Positions 10,021 to 19,835 of a DNA stretch of 64,000 nt are shown piece by piece. Source of the stretch: Oceanispirochaeta sp. (GTDB taxonomy: Bacteria > Spirochaetota > Spirochaetia > DSM-2461); NCBI GenBank assembly GCA_963666275.2, contig CAXXOA010000002.1:512001-576000 (forward strand), read 5' to 3'. The notes beneath the pieces were generated by a model. The model was not told where the DNA came from and searched no databases. It saw only the letters and a program-made list of their open reading frames with translations. A program made the position numbers and the translations under genes. How positions within the stretch are numbered: the stretch's first letter is position 1; each line of letters starts with the position of its first letter.

Positions 10021-11073
10021 ATGAAGATAGCCGTATTATTATCGGGGGGCGTGGACAGTTCCGTTGCTCTCAGACGCCTCCAGGATGAAGGATATAAAGA
10101 CATTACCGCCTATTACCTTAAAATCTGGCTGGAAGATGAACTGAGTTTTCTGGGGGAGTGTCCCTGGGAAGAGGATCTGGAATATGCCCGGGAGGTTTGT
10201 GAACAGGCCGGGGTTCCTCTGAAAGTTCTGCCTCTGCAGCAGGAGTATTATGACAGGGTAGTATCCTATACGGTATCGGAACTGAAAAAAGGCCGAACTC
10301 CCAGTCCGGATATATTCTGTAATCAGAGAGTGAAATTCGGAGCTTTTTTTGACAAGGTCAACGAGGAGTTCGACAAGGTCGCCACCGGTCATTACGGTGT
10401 GGTGGAAGAGATTGACGGTCTTTACTATCTCAAGCGCTCTCCCGATCCTGTGAAAGATCAGTCCTATTTCCTCTCCCATCTCTCACAGCAGCAGATCTCA
10501 AAGATCCTTTTTCCCATCGGAGGCCTCATTAAAGAGGAGGTCCGGGTTCTGGCGGAGAAGTATGATCTTCCCAACAAGGCCAGGAAGGACAGTCAGGGAA
10601 TCTGTTTTCTGGGAAAGATAAAATACTCGGATTTTATCAAACACTATCTGGGAGAACAGGAAGGGGAAATCCGGGAGAAAGAAACCGGAGAAGTTCTGGG
10701 AAAACACAGGGGATTCTGGTTTTATACCATCGGTCAGCGTCAGGGGCTGGGGCTGAGCAACGGTCCCTGGTATGTCACCGGGAAAGACCTGGAAAAAAAT
10801 ATCATCTATGTCTCTTCAAGCTTTAATGTGATGGATCAGAAAGTGCAGACTTTTACTGTCTGCGAGCCCAACTGGATCAGCAAAAAACCCTCAAAGAGCG
10901 AACTGAGTCTGAAGCTCCGCCATGGACCCAGAATCAATCAGTGCATCGTCAGATGGCTGAGTCCGGACAGGCTGGAAGTGACTATGGACGAGGGCGATAA
11001 AGGGGTTGCTCCGGGGCAGTTCGCTGTTTTCTATGACGGGGAAATCTGCCTGGGCGGGGCGAGAATCGAGTAG
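10021..11073 (+). CDS. mnmA: tRNA 2-thiouridine(34) synthase MnmA
   Basis: SGGVDS, TPSPDIFCN, ATGHY, KDQSYFL, DSQGICF, TIGQRQGL and PGQFAVFY motifs. Start moved to ATG 10021. Confidence 0.96.
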   Translation: MKIAVLLSGGVDSSVALRRLQDEGYKDITAYYLKIWLEDELSFLGECPWEEDLEYAREVCEQAGVPLKVLPLQQEYYDRVVSYTVSELKKGRTPSPDIFCNQRVKFGAFFDKVNEEFDKVATGHYGVVEEIDGLYYLKRSPDPVKDQSYFLSHLSQQQISKILFPIGGLIKEEVRVLAEKYDLPNKARKDSQGICFLGKIKYSDFIKHYLGEQEGEIREKETGEVLGKHRGFWFYTIGQRQGLGLSNGPWYVTGKDLEKNIIYVSSSFNVMDQKVQTFTVCEPNWISKKPSKSELSLKLRHGPRINQCIVRWLSPDRLEVTMDEGDKGVAPGQFAVFYDGEICLGGARIE

Positions 11074-11861
11074 TCTCGGGCTGCCCGGACAACGGCTTCG
11101 GCGTTGTCTGAAAAAATCCCGTCTACACCGGCTGCAAAGAGCCTTTTCATCTCTTCCGGGTCATTAATGGTCCATACCTGGATAACGATCTCACGCCGGG
11201 AAGCCCAACGGATCAGTTTTTTTGTCAGAACCGGTATACCCTTATGGGAGACAGGGATCTGGATGACTCTGCTTTTTCTTTCTCTCAGTGCCTTTACTGA
11301 ACCGCCGAAGAGATAGGCGCAGAGGAGCTGAATCATCTCTTTTTTTGAAATTGAGGTATCAACTCCGGGGGCTGCCCGGCGAAACTCCTGCAGTACCCCA
11401 TGATGAAAAGAGCCGATACAGACCCGCTTTTCCGCGCCGACGGCACGGAAGATCTCAGCGGCCGCTTCGGCAAGGGCGGGGTTGTCGTCTTTCAGATCGA
11501 TATTGAACCGGGTCTGAGGAAACTGTTCCAGCGCTTCCCTGAGAAGGAGGGGATGAATCCCCTTGTCCCGGAAGGGGAAGGTTTTCCCTCCGTCCGGGGT
11601 AAAAAGGGCTCCCGCATCAATTCCTGCCAGTTCAGATTTCCTTATCAGAGAGATATTCCTTTCATCACCCGAGACCCGGCTGAAATTGTCATCATGCCAG
11701 ATCAGAACCTCCCCGTCTGCGGTCAGGTGAACATCCGTCTCAATCACATCCACTCCGAGCCTTGTGGCGGCGGCAAAGGAAACAGCCGTATTTTCCGGAA
11801 AATGGAGACTGTCTCCTCTATGGGCGAGGGAGCGGGGCATGGGGGTAAAAAAATCAGCCAT
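11031..11861 (-). CDS. Glycerophosphodiester phosphodiesterase
   Basis: AHRG, PENT, IETDVHLTADG..HD, NIDLK, VWTIND and GVDGIFSD motifs. Confidence 0.92.
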   Translation of the reverse strand: MADFFTPMPRSLAHRGDSLHFPENTAVSFAAATRLGVDVIETDVHLTADGEVLIWHDDNFSRVSGDERNISLIRKSELAGIDAGALFTPDGGKTFPFRDKGIHPLLLREALEQFPQTRFNIDLKDDNPALAEAAAEIFRAVGAEKRVCIGSFHHGVLQEFRRAAPGVDTSISKKEMIQLLCAYLFGGSVKALRERKSRVIQIPVSHKGIPVLTKKLIRWASRREIVIQVWTINDPEEMKRLFAAGVDGIFSDNAEAVVRAARDYSILAPPRQISPS

Positions 11862-13027
11862 CAGAAGCTGCTTTCCAGAATGGTAAGTATTTCCTCTTCG
11901 GAAAAAGGATAGGGATTGTTTTTATTTCCTGAAAGGGATGCCGCTTTTTTCAGTTCCTCCCGGGGGAGACCGTACTCTTTCAGACTGGGCAGAGACGCCT
12001 GGTCGGCCCAGAGATCCAGCTGACTGATGAGGGCAAGAACCGCCTTTTCCAGAGACAGATCCCTGTTTCCTTTTATATACCTCCCCAGCTGGGCCGCTTT
12101 CTTCAGGGAGGAGTTCTCCGGATCATTCTGAAGCAGATTGCTGAGGGTCAAGCGCATGACAGGAGGCATCAGGATGCCGCAGGCCAGTCCATGAGGAATG
12201 GGATAGAGTCCTCCCAGAACTCCGGCAATGCCGTGGACTGTTCCCAGTCCGGCATTCGCCAGGGTCAGGCCCGAGAGAGCTGCGCCCAGAGAGATGTCTT
12301 CTCTGTTCCCGGCATCCGCTTTATCCTCCAGGAGCGGGGTAAAGGACCGGAAAAAACCTTCCAGTCCCTGACGGGCCAGTGCGTCTGTCAGAGGCGAGGC
12401 TCCGGTGGAGAGGAAGGATTCCAGCAGCTGGCTGAAGGCATCCATTCCACAGGATGCGCTGATCTGACGGGGCAGATATTCCAGCCAGTCCGGATCAATG
12501 ATTGCCGTGTCGGGGATAAAGTTGTCGTGCCTGAGGGACTTTTTGAAGCCTTCAGGTCCGGGACGGCTGATAACAGCATTTTTGGTGCATTCACTACCTG
12601 TGCCGGCTGTCGTGGGCAGGGCGATGAAAGGAACTTTTCTGCCCGAAGGATCTTTTGTTCCCACTCCCTCCAGAAAATCTTCTATGGAACCCTCTTCGCA
12701 GAGCATGGCTGAAACGGCTTTTGCCGCATCAAGCACACTGCCTCCTCCCAGGGCGGCAACAGCTCCTATCTGACGGTCCCGCATTTCGCCGGTGATTCCA
12801 TCTACAATTTCAGGAGAGGGCTCTCCTGTTACTGTTTTGTAGAATATCTCTCCCCCCCTGCCTTTCAATGAGATTTTCAGATTTTCAAAGCGGGGCGTTT
12901 CCGATACGGACCTACCTGTGATAAACAGGACATTTCCCCTGGACGGATCAAGAATTTCTGCAAGTTTCTCAGTTTTTCCCTGTCCGAACAGGATCTTTTT
13001 ATTCGCAGAGAAGGAAAAATCTACCAT
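11861..13027 (-). CDS. Iron-containing alcohol dehydrogenase
   Basis: GGGSVLDAAK, PTTAGTGSE, GMDA, GLGTVHG and PHGLAC motifs. Likely start ATG 13027 (MVDFSF), overlapping the upstream gene stop. Confidence 0.92.
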   Translation of the reverse strand: MVDFSFSANKKILFGQGKTEKLAEILDPSRGNVLFITGRSVSETPRFENLKISLKGRGGEIFYKTVTGEPSPEIVDGITGEMRDRQIGAVAALGGGSVLDAAKAVSAMLCEEGSIEDFLEGVGTKDPSGRKVPFIALPTTAGTGSECTKNAVISRPGPEGFKKSLRHDNFIPDTAIIDPDWLEYLPRQISASCGMDAFSQLLESFLSTGASPLTDALARQGLEGFFRSFTPLLEDKADAGNREDISLGAALSGLTLANAGLGTVHGIAGVLGGLYPIPHGLACGILMPPVMRLTLSNLLQNDPENSSLKKAAQLGRYIKGNRDLSLEKAVLALISQLDLWADQASLPSLKEYGLPREELKKAASLSGNKNNPYPFSEEEILTILESSF

Positions 13028-13329
13028 TGGGTCCTCTCTCCGGGAAAATGCGGCTGGTATTGTACCCCTTTCCTGGGTTCTGCCATCCAGGGCGCCACGG
13101 TCTCCCTCCACTTCAGATAGTGGGCTGTCTCTTTGTGTGAGACAACGGCTTCTTCGGAATCGTAGACCTCATAAAGAAAAAAACGGGTAGGATCGTCACT
13201 TTTCTGAAGGACATCAAAACGGATATTTCCCGGTTCTTTTCTTGTTTTTTTATGGTTCTCTTCGGTGGCGGTAAGAAACTCGCTTTCATTTCCTCTGGTG
13301 ACAGTGACTTCTACACAATAGACAATCAT
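13021..13329 (-). CDS. Antibiotic biosynthesis monooxygenase family protein, LsrG-like
   Basis: EPGNIRFDVLQ...RFFLYEVY...HKETAHY...MAEPRK resembles LsrG/ABM proteins; AGGAG RBS. Confidence 0.85.
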   Translation of the reverse strand: MIVYCVEVTVTRGNESEFLTATEENHKKTRKEPGNIRFDVLQKSDDPTRFFLYEVYDSEEAVVSHKETAHYLKWRETVAPWMAEPRKGVQYQPHFPGERTQW

Positions 13330-13365
13330 GGGTATTCTCCTCTCTTGGGGTTGGTGATCACAAAA

Positions 13366-14913
13366 TCAGGGTAAGGTATATATTGTATTATAACAGGATT
13401 CGCTGAGACTTGAATGGTTTTTCCTGTAAAAACCTAGAGCTCTGGGAAGATACCTGATGATATCAGAGGCTGTAAAAGAGTCCTGGGGTATCTCCTCCTC
13501 AGCCAGCTGAGCTGTCAGGCCGTGCAGAAGAACAGCTGCTTTCACAGCATCTTCCATCCCCAGTGTGGCTGTCAGTCCTGCAATTATGCCCGTCAGGACA
13601 TCCCCGCTGCCGGCTGTTCCCAAAGCGGAGTTGCCTGTCATATTGAGGAATTCTCTCCCGTCGGGCGTTTTTATTGCGGAATGCGGCCCCTTGTAAACTG
13701 TAATGGCCTGAAAGGCCTTTTCTATGGTTTCTCCTGAGGGCAGATCCCTTCTGAGGACACGCTGTTCTCCCGCATGGGGTGTCAGAACCGTTGCGGCCTT
13801 TCTGTTTCGGGTCCATTCCGGATGGCCTGCCAGAGCATGGAGGGCATCCGCATCGATAATGACGGGAACTGGGATAGCGGGGATCAGCTTTTCCAGGAGG
13901 TTCTGGACCTGTATGCTCCTGGTGATGCCCGGGCCGAGGATGACGGCGGTATGCCTTGAGGACAGTTCGAGAAGTTCCTCCCCGTTAGCTTCGCTGAAAC
14001 CGTGATGTTCATCACTTTTCATGGGAGCAAGGACTGCCTCCGGGCAGAGGCGTGAAAAAGAGGATCCCAGCTGTTCGGGAAGTGCTGCCGTGACAAATCC
14101 TCCTCCGCTCCTGAAAACCGCCTGTGCCGCCAGGGCAGGGGCTCCGAAATAGGTTTTTCCTCCGCCTATAATAAGAATCTTTCCAAAACTGTTCTTGTAG
14201 CCCTCCTGATTCCTGGGGGGCAGGGGCGGGGGGAGATTCACTTCAGAGGTCAGTGCCCTGCTGTCATAGAGAGAAGGAGGAAAGGATATGCGGGAACAGA
14301 AGAGTGTGCCGTTTTCTTCGTAACCCGGATAGAGAAGATTTCCCCGTTTGGGAGAACCGAAAGTGACAGTGGCCGAGGCTCTGACAGCTTTCCCTTCAAT
14401 GGCTCCTGTGGAACCGTTTATTCCCGAGGGAATATCCAGAGAGAGAACCGGAAGGCTCCTTTCATTAATAAGCTGAATTATCTGTGCATATAGGCCGCTC
14501 ACAGGCCGGTTGAGGCCTGTCCCCAGAAGAGCATCCACAAGATAGTCTGCCTTATCCAGAATCTGTGAAAACTCCTTTATCTGCGGGTTCTCCATAAGAG
14601 GGATCTGAATTTTTTTCAGAGAGTGGTAATTCGTAAGGGTTACGGGAGTGAACTTTCCGGAATCTCCGAAAAGGATTACAGTGAAAGGAAACTTCAGGGA
14701 GAAAAGCTTTCTTGCCAGAGCAAAGCCGTCTCCTCCGTTATTTCCGGAACCGCAGATAATCAGTCCATTTTTTCCTGAGGGCTGTATCTGTTTCATTAGA
14801 ACTGCCATGGATGCGGAGGCAGCATTTTCCATAAGGATCCCTTCCGGGATCCCCAGTTTTTCCGAGGCGGATAAATCAAGATCCCGCATTTCTGCAGGAG
14901 TCAGAATCTTCAT
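13366..14913 (-). CDS. nnr: Bifunctional NAD(P)H-hydrate epimerase/dehydratase
   Basis: YjeF-N motifs (LMENAA, GSGNNGGDG, DALLGTG, DIPSG) and carbohydrate-kinase C-domain motifs (GPG, DADAL, TPHAGE, AGSGDVLTG). Confidence 0.93.
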   Translation of the reverse strand: MKILTPAEMRDLDLSASEKLGIPEGILMENAASASMAVLMKQIQPSGKNGLIICGSGNNGGDGFALARKLFSLKFPFTVILFGDSGKFTPVTLTNYHSLKKIQIPLMENPQIKEFSQILDKADYLVDALLGTGLNRPVSGLYAQIIQLINERSLPVLSLDIPSGINGSTGAIEGKAVRASATVTFGSPKRGNLLYPGYEENGTLFCSRISFPPSLYDSRALTSEVNLPPPLPPRNQEGYKNSFGKILIIGGGKTYFGAPALAAQAVFRSGGGFVTAALPEQLGSSFSRLCPEAVLAPMKSDEHHGFSEANGEELLELSSRHTAVILGPGITRSIQVQNLLEKLIPAIPVPVIIDADALHALAGHPEWTRNRKAATVLTPHAGEQRVLRRDLPSGETIEKAFQAITVYKGPHSAIKTPDGREFLNMTGNSALGTAGSGDVLTGIIAGLTATLGMEDAVKAAVLLHGLTAQLAEEEIPQDSFTASDIIRYLPRALGFYRKNHSSLSESCYNTIYTLP

Positions 14914-14916
14914 TTC

Positions 14917-15189
14917 CTATTCCGGTTCGAGGCCCCAGAACTGGAAAATCTCAGATTGGATCCACATGAAGTTACTGTTTTCTGTAGGAATCAGAAACTG
15001 GGATGTTTCCACATTGGATTCATCTTCAGCAATGATTGTGACATCTTTCACGGCCAGAACAGGATAAACTTTATTGGAATGAAAATTCTTGGCAATTTTC
15101 AGGTACTCTTCAGAAATGTAGGGAAAAAAGTCTTTTCTCTGTTTTGAATAATCTTCTCGTATCTTTACAAAGAAAACGCCGGTTCTCAT
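14917..15189 (-). CDS. Hypothetical protein (90 aa)
   Basis: GGGAG RBS; ends 3 nt before the nnr start on the same strand; protein-like composition. Confidence 0.7.
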   Translation of the reverse strand: MRTGVFFVKIREDYSKQRKDFFPYISEEYLKIAKNFHSNKVYPVLAVKDVTIIAEDESNVETSQFLIPTENSNFMWIQSEIFQFWGLEPE

Positions 15190-15280
15190 ATAAAAACTCC
15201 CTATATGTTTGGTCTTTTGGGATCATTATACAGGAACTCCCTTTTTTTGGCTTCCATTTTTTATTAATTCCGGGAGGTTT

Positions 15281-17077
15281 TTATGTCTGTCCGTTGTCTG
15301 CCGTGGTTTCCTCGGCAGCGACGCTGTCAACCTCGCCCTCTCCGGTCTCTTCCTGACGGGGTTCTTCGGAGGCGTAGCGGATGCTTATGGTTTCTCTGTT
15401 TGTTCTCTGCCGGATTTTCACATAGAGGGTCCGGTTTACAGAGTCATAGACCCATCCGTCCGAATAGCGCTGAAACCGGGGATCGCTTTTCCATACGATG
15501 TTATGCAGAATGATTCTGTCAAAGGGATCCACCCCTCTTATTATCAGATGATGTACCTGACCTCTGGGAAAATCCACATCAATATCCAGACCGTTCTCAG
15601 ACTGCCTCACTCTGTAGGATTCCGCCGCAGTAAAGAGCCAGCTGTCCCTTCCGGTAGCCTCTGAAATATCATGGAAACGGGGAGTAAACTCTTCCTGGGG
15701 ATAGAGTTTCAGAACCGTTGCCGGCCGTATATAGCCGTTGTTCTGGGAGGGCCTTTCTCTGGAAAAGGATATTTCTGCCGGGAGAAATCCATTTTCATCA
15801 CTTCTGCCAAGCAGTGTCAGCATGAGTTCCCGGCCTATCTGGATAAGGTCTTCATTCTCTGCTGCTTCGCCGGCTTCCTGAATGAGACTTGCCGCCAGGA
15901 GATTCAGCTTCACATCACATACAGGGTTCTCGGGATGAAAGAAAAAGAGACCTTCTTCAAGCCATACAATCAGAGGGTAGAGGTTCTCTTCGATCCATGC
16001 TTCGATATCATGGTCCTCCCCATCGTTCAGCATGCTCTGAAGAAGGAGAATTTCTCTGTTGGGAGATCCTTCAGGGTTTCCTTCCAGTGAAAATGCGGTG
16101 ATACGGTTCATCAGATCATTCGTATTCTGCCTGAGAATAGGAGCCCCTTTATTCACAATGTCTCCGGTAAAGGGGGCCGAGTACCAGGTCAGACTGGAGC
16201 TGTTCCGGTCTCTGCTGCCTAAAAGATCCTGCAGGAGCACAGAATAGTCATCCCTTCTGAGAGTTTCGCTCATAAAAGAGACATAGGAGTATTCATTGAA
16301 TTCCCTGGTTTCATCGGGCAGGGAGAACTGACCGGTAGTGAAGTCGAATCGGGATTTCATTCCCTCATAGACGAGGCTTCTGAATTCTGTCAGCTGATCC
16401 TCATAGTCTCCCTGGGTTATATCTGTTTTGTCTGCCAGCCACTCCCTGACACTTCTGCCCAGGCCGGGTGCTTCATCTTCAAGCATTAGAACTGCAGACG
16501 TTCTGTCATTCATACGGATGGACAAAATATTTTTTGATTCATCAAGGATGAAATCCTGGTCCATGTTGAGAAAGAAGGAACTTGTTCCATCCGAAAGAAT
16601 GAGCTGATCTTCTCCCTCTCTGTTCAGCTGAAAAGGAGAGATGATTTCTGTATGAAGCTGAATCTCCGAAACAGGCGGTCTGGTCTGGGGAACGAAGATT
16701 TCAATGGAGCTGTTGCTGCTCACAGGATCGGTGGTCAGAGTCAGAACCGTATCGTATTTGAACTGAAGTCTGAGGGAGTTATTATCCCGGCTCATTTCCT
16801 GAATCTGAAGATCTCTTTTTATCCCGTCAGCAGTGATAATCGAAAGAGGTTTCCTTCCTGAAAACTGGAGACCCAGGCCATTGCTGTCCAGGTTGAGTTT
16901 TGTGATTCTGGGAGGTCTGATACCCCTTCCCCGGGTGACTGTGCCGCTGTAGAAGGCATTTTTCATCTCTCTTGAAAAATGGTCAAACTGGGAAAAATGG
17001 AAAAAAAGAAAAGCAAGAATAAGAAGGACATAGACTACAGCTGTGACAAATAATCGGGGACTTTTTTTTCTTTCCAT
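15281..17077 (-). CDS. Hypothetical membrane-anchored periplasmic protein
   Basis: About 598-aa ORF with an N-terminal TM anchor and acidic C-tail; fills the locus; no recognised motif. Confidence 0.75.
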   Translation of the reverse strand: MERKKSPRLFVTAVVYVLLILAFLFFHFSQFDHFSREMKNAFYSGTVTRGRGIRPPRITKLNLDSNGLGLQFSGRKPLSIITADGIKRDLQIQEMSRDNNSLRLQFKYDTVLTLTTDPVSSNSSIEIFVPQTRPPVSEIQLHTEIISPFQLNREGEDQLILSDGTSSFFLNMDQDFILDESKNILSIRMNDRTSAVLMLEDEAPGLGRSVREWLADKTDITQGDYEDQLTEFRSLVYEGMKSRFDFTTGQFSLPDETREFNEYSYVSFMSETLRRDDYSVLLQDLLGSRDRNSSSLTWYSAPFTGDIVNKGAPILRQNTNDLMNRITAFSLEGNPEGSPNREILLLQSMLNDGEDHDIEAWIEENLYPLIVWLEEGLFFFHPENPVCDVKLNLLAASLIQEAGEAAENEDLIQIGRELMLTLLGRSDENGFLPAEISFSRERPSQNNGYIRPATVLKLYPQEEFTPRFHDISEATGRDSWLFTAAESYRVRQSENGLDIDVDFPRGQVHHLIIRGVDPFDRIILHNIVWKSDPRFQRYSDGWVYDSVNRTLYVKIRQRTNRETISIRYASEEPRQEETGEGEVDSVAAEETTADNGQT

Positions 17078-17179
17078 AATGGAGAGCATAGTATCAGCAG
17101 GATTCTAAAAAAGCAACCTTGTCCAAACAGGGATCCATAGGTATATTTATCACACTGGCCCCATCCAAGGAGACATTAG

Positions 17180-18601
17180 ATGCTGAACTCTATCAGATGC
17201 CTGAAACTGACAGGATTTTCCATTCTGTTCTTTCTTTTTATACTCACCGGTTGTGCTACCGCTCCGGAAAAACCTTCCGGGGAAGTCACTCTTCCTGCTG
17301 AAAAAACAGAAGAGACTCCTCCGGTGGAAACTCCAGAGGAAGAAGCGGATCTCCTTGAAAAGCTGGAAGCCGTGGCATCCCCTGAAAATACGGGAGAAGC
17401 CCTGGCTGTTTTTGAAGAGTCCTCCGATGAGCTCAGCATTGAGGAGAAAATCGTGATGGCCTCCCTTCAGGTCGCAGAAGGACTATTTCCGGATGCGGAG
17501 GCAACCCTTGATGAGGTTCTGGCGGAAGAGCCCGAAAACACAGAAGCTCTCTATGTCTATGCACTTTTATATGATGCCCGGGAAGAAGAGCCTCTCAGGG
17601 ATGATACCCTGAAAAAAACCCTGGCGCTGGATCCGGGTCATATTGATGCCAATCTGTTTCAGGGAATGGTCCGTCTGGGCCGCAGAGACTACAGGAATGC
17701 GGGAGCCAATTTTTCCCTGGTCCTCCAGGAGGAACCGGAAAATTTCCTTGCCCTGTCCGGAGCGGCCACGGCCCAGATGAATCAGGATAATCTGGAATCG
17801 GCGGTTTCACTGCTGGACCGGGCGATAGAGCTGGAACCTGACTTTGCCTATCTCTATATTGACAGGGCCAGAGCCTGGAAAGGGCTTAAAAAATACGGTA
17901 AGTCCGAGGATGACATTACAAGGGCGATAGAACTGGAACCGGATGTGGAATGGCACTACCTTGACCGGGCACGGATAAGGATCCAGTACTTCTACAATCT
18001 GGAGGGAGCCTATGAAGATCTTTCCAAACTCCTTTCCATCAATCCTGAGAATTTCTTCGGCAATGTTTATATGGCGGGGATTCTGGACGACTGGAAGAGG
18101 TACGACGAAGCGGAAGCGGCCTATCTTAAAGTCCTGAAAGCCAGGCCCTCCTACGGTTTTGCTCATGAACCACTGGCAAAGATTGCCTATATGAACGAAC
18201 GGTATGAAGATGCGGCAGAGCATTTTATAAGAGCCTATGATTTTGAGCCCAGGGAGTTTTGCTATATACTGTCCGCAGCGGTCTGTATGGAAAAATATGG
18301 GGACAGATCGTCGGCTCAGAGCCTTCTGAAAGAGGTCGCACCGCGGGTACAGCGGGAAACGGTTATGTATGAGATGTTCCGCTATTACCTCTCTCCCGGA
18401 TCAGATTTCTTTATCTCCGATAAAATTCAGAAAGAAGAGGATAAAGAGGTTCAGAGCAGGATGTATTTCTATCTGGGAGCCCGGTATGATCTGGCGGGCT
18501 TACGGAACTCCGCTCTGGCCGCCTACGGCAATGTGAACGAGAAAAGTGATTTTTATGAGTCCGATCTGGCCGGGTGGGAATTGAACCGGGCAGAAAATTA
18601 A
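17180..18601 (+). CDS. Tetratricopeptide-repeat lipoprotein
   Basis: Lipobox ILTG-C; multiple TPRs (RAIELEPD repeated); AAGGAG RBS; TTGTCC-17-TATATT upstream (17119-17147). Confidence 0.88.
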   Translation: MLNSIRCLKLTGFSILFFLFILTGCATAPEKPSGEVTLPAEKTEETPPVETPEEEADLLEKLEAVASPENTGEALAVFEESSDELSIEEKIVMASLQVAEGLFPDAEATLDEVLAEEPENTEALYVYALLYDAREEEPLRDDTLKKTLALDPGHIDANLFQGMVRLGRRDYRNAGANFSLVLQEEPENFLALSGAATAQMNQDNLESAVSLLDRAIELEPDFAYLYIDRARAWKGLKKYGKSEDDITRAIELEPDVEWHYLDRARIRIQYFYNLEGAYEDLSKLLSINPENFFGNVYMAGILDDWKRYDEAEAAYLKVLKARPSYGFAHEPLAKIAYMNERYEDAAEHFIRAYDFEPREFCYILSAAVCMEKYGDRSSAQSLLKEVAPRVQRETVMYEMFRYYLSPGSDFFISDKIQKEEDKEVQSRMYFYLGARYDLAGLRNSALAAYGNVNEKSDFYESDLAGWELNRAEN

Positions 18602-18611
18602 GGACATCAAG

Positions 18612-19835
18612 TTGAACAATTCGGCAGTACAGGAAAAAACTATGACCATCGTCAATGAAAGTGATACGGTTACCCGTATAACCCTGGAGGACAGGGAGAT
18701 TATTCTGATGGGAACCGCTCATGTTTCCCATGAAAGTGTTGAGCAGGTTGCCCAGGCTATCCGTGAGGAGAGTCCGGACAGAATCTGTGTGGAAATCGAT
18801 GCCGGCCGGTATCAGTCTCTTTCAAAGAAAGAAAACTGGCAGCAGATGAATCTGAACAAAGTATTCAGGGAGAAAAAGGGGTTTCTGCTCCTGGCCAACC
18901 TGGTTCTTACGTCCTTTCAGCGGAAGGTCGGTATGGGGACCGGAATTAAACCCGGTGAAGAGATGAAACGGGCCATTGAGGTTGCCCGGGAACTGGATAT
19001 ACCTTTCTCTTTCAGTGACCGTCCTGTTCAGATTACCCTTCAGAGAGCCTGGGGAAAGAGCAATTTCTGGAATAAAATGAAACTGCTGGCCTCGCTTATC
19101 AGTTCTGTTTTTTCCAATGAAGAAGTGGATGCCGAAGAGATCGAGTCTCTGAAACAGAAAGGGGCCTTGGAGGATATGATGGGTGAGCTTGCGTCCTATC
19201 TGCCCTCTGTAAAATCAGTTCTGATTGACGAACGGGATCAGTATCTGGCTACCAATATCTACAAGTCTCCGGGCAGCAAGGTTCTTGCTGTGGTCGGCGC
19301 AGGCCATATGGCGGGAATGGTCAAATGGATTCAGGCCCTTTCGGAAGGGAAAGCCTCGGATGATCTGAGAGAGATCTCCCAGCTGCCCCCTCGGAAAACC
19401 TCTTCCAAAATTCTCCCCTGGGTGATCCCGGCAATCATCCTCTGTATTGTTGTGACAGGTTTCCTGACTTCGGGCAGGGAAGTGGGAGTCCGGATGCTCC
19501 TGATCTGGATTCTCTCAAACGGAACTCTGGCTGCCATTGGAGCCCTGATCGCTCTGGGTCACCCTCTGACCATTATCGGTTCCTTTCTGGCTGCCCCTAT
19601 CACCAGTATGAATCCGACGATCGGAGTGGGTATGGTTTCAGGTATTATGGAGTACTTCCTGAGAAAACCCAGGGTTCATGATATGGAAAAGCTTCAGGAT
19701 GATGTAACCACATTGAAGGGCTGGTACAGAAACAGGATCTCCCGGATCCTGCTTGTTTTCTTTTTCTCCTCTCTGGGAAGTTCCATCGGAACCTTCTACG
19801 CCCTTCCGAGGATCTCTCTTTTACTGGGCAGCTGA
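18612..19835 (+). CDS. TraB/GumN family (pheromone-shutdown-related) protein
   Basis: GTAHVS, CVEID, KPGEEM, DRPVQITL.RAW, LIDERDQY and AVVGAGH motifs; C-terminal TM segments. Confidence 0.9.
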   Translation: MNNSAVQEKTMTIVNESDTVTRITLEDREIILMGTAHVSHESVEQVAQAIREESPDRICVEIDAGRYQSLSKKENWQQMNLNKVFREKKGFLLLANLVLTSFQRKVGMGTGIKPGEEMKRAIEVARELDIPFSFSDRPVQITLQRAWGKSNFWNKMKLLASLISSVFSNEEVDAEEIESLKQKGALEDMMGELASYLPSVKSVLIDERDQYLATNIYKSPGSKVLAVVGAGHMAGMVKWIQALSEGKASDDLREISQLPPRKTSSKILPWVIPAIILCIVVTGFLTSGREVGVRMLLIWILSNGTLAAIGALIALGHPLTIIGSFLAAPITSMNPTIGVGMVSGIMEYFLRKPRVHDMEKLQDDVTTLKGWYRNRISRILLVFFFSSLGSSIGTFYALPRISLLLGS

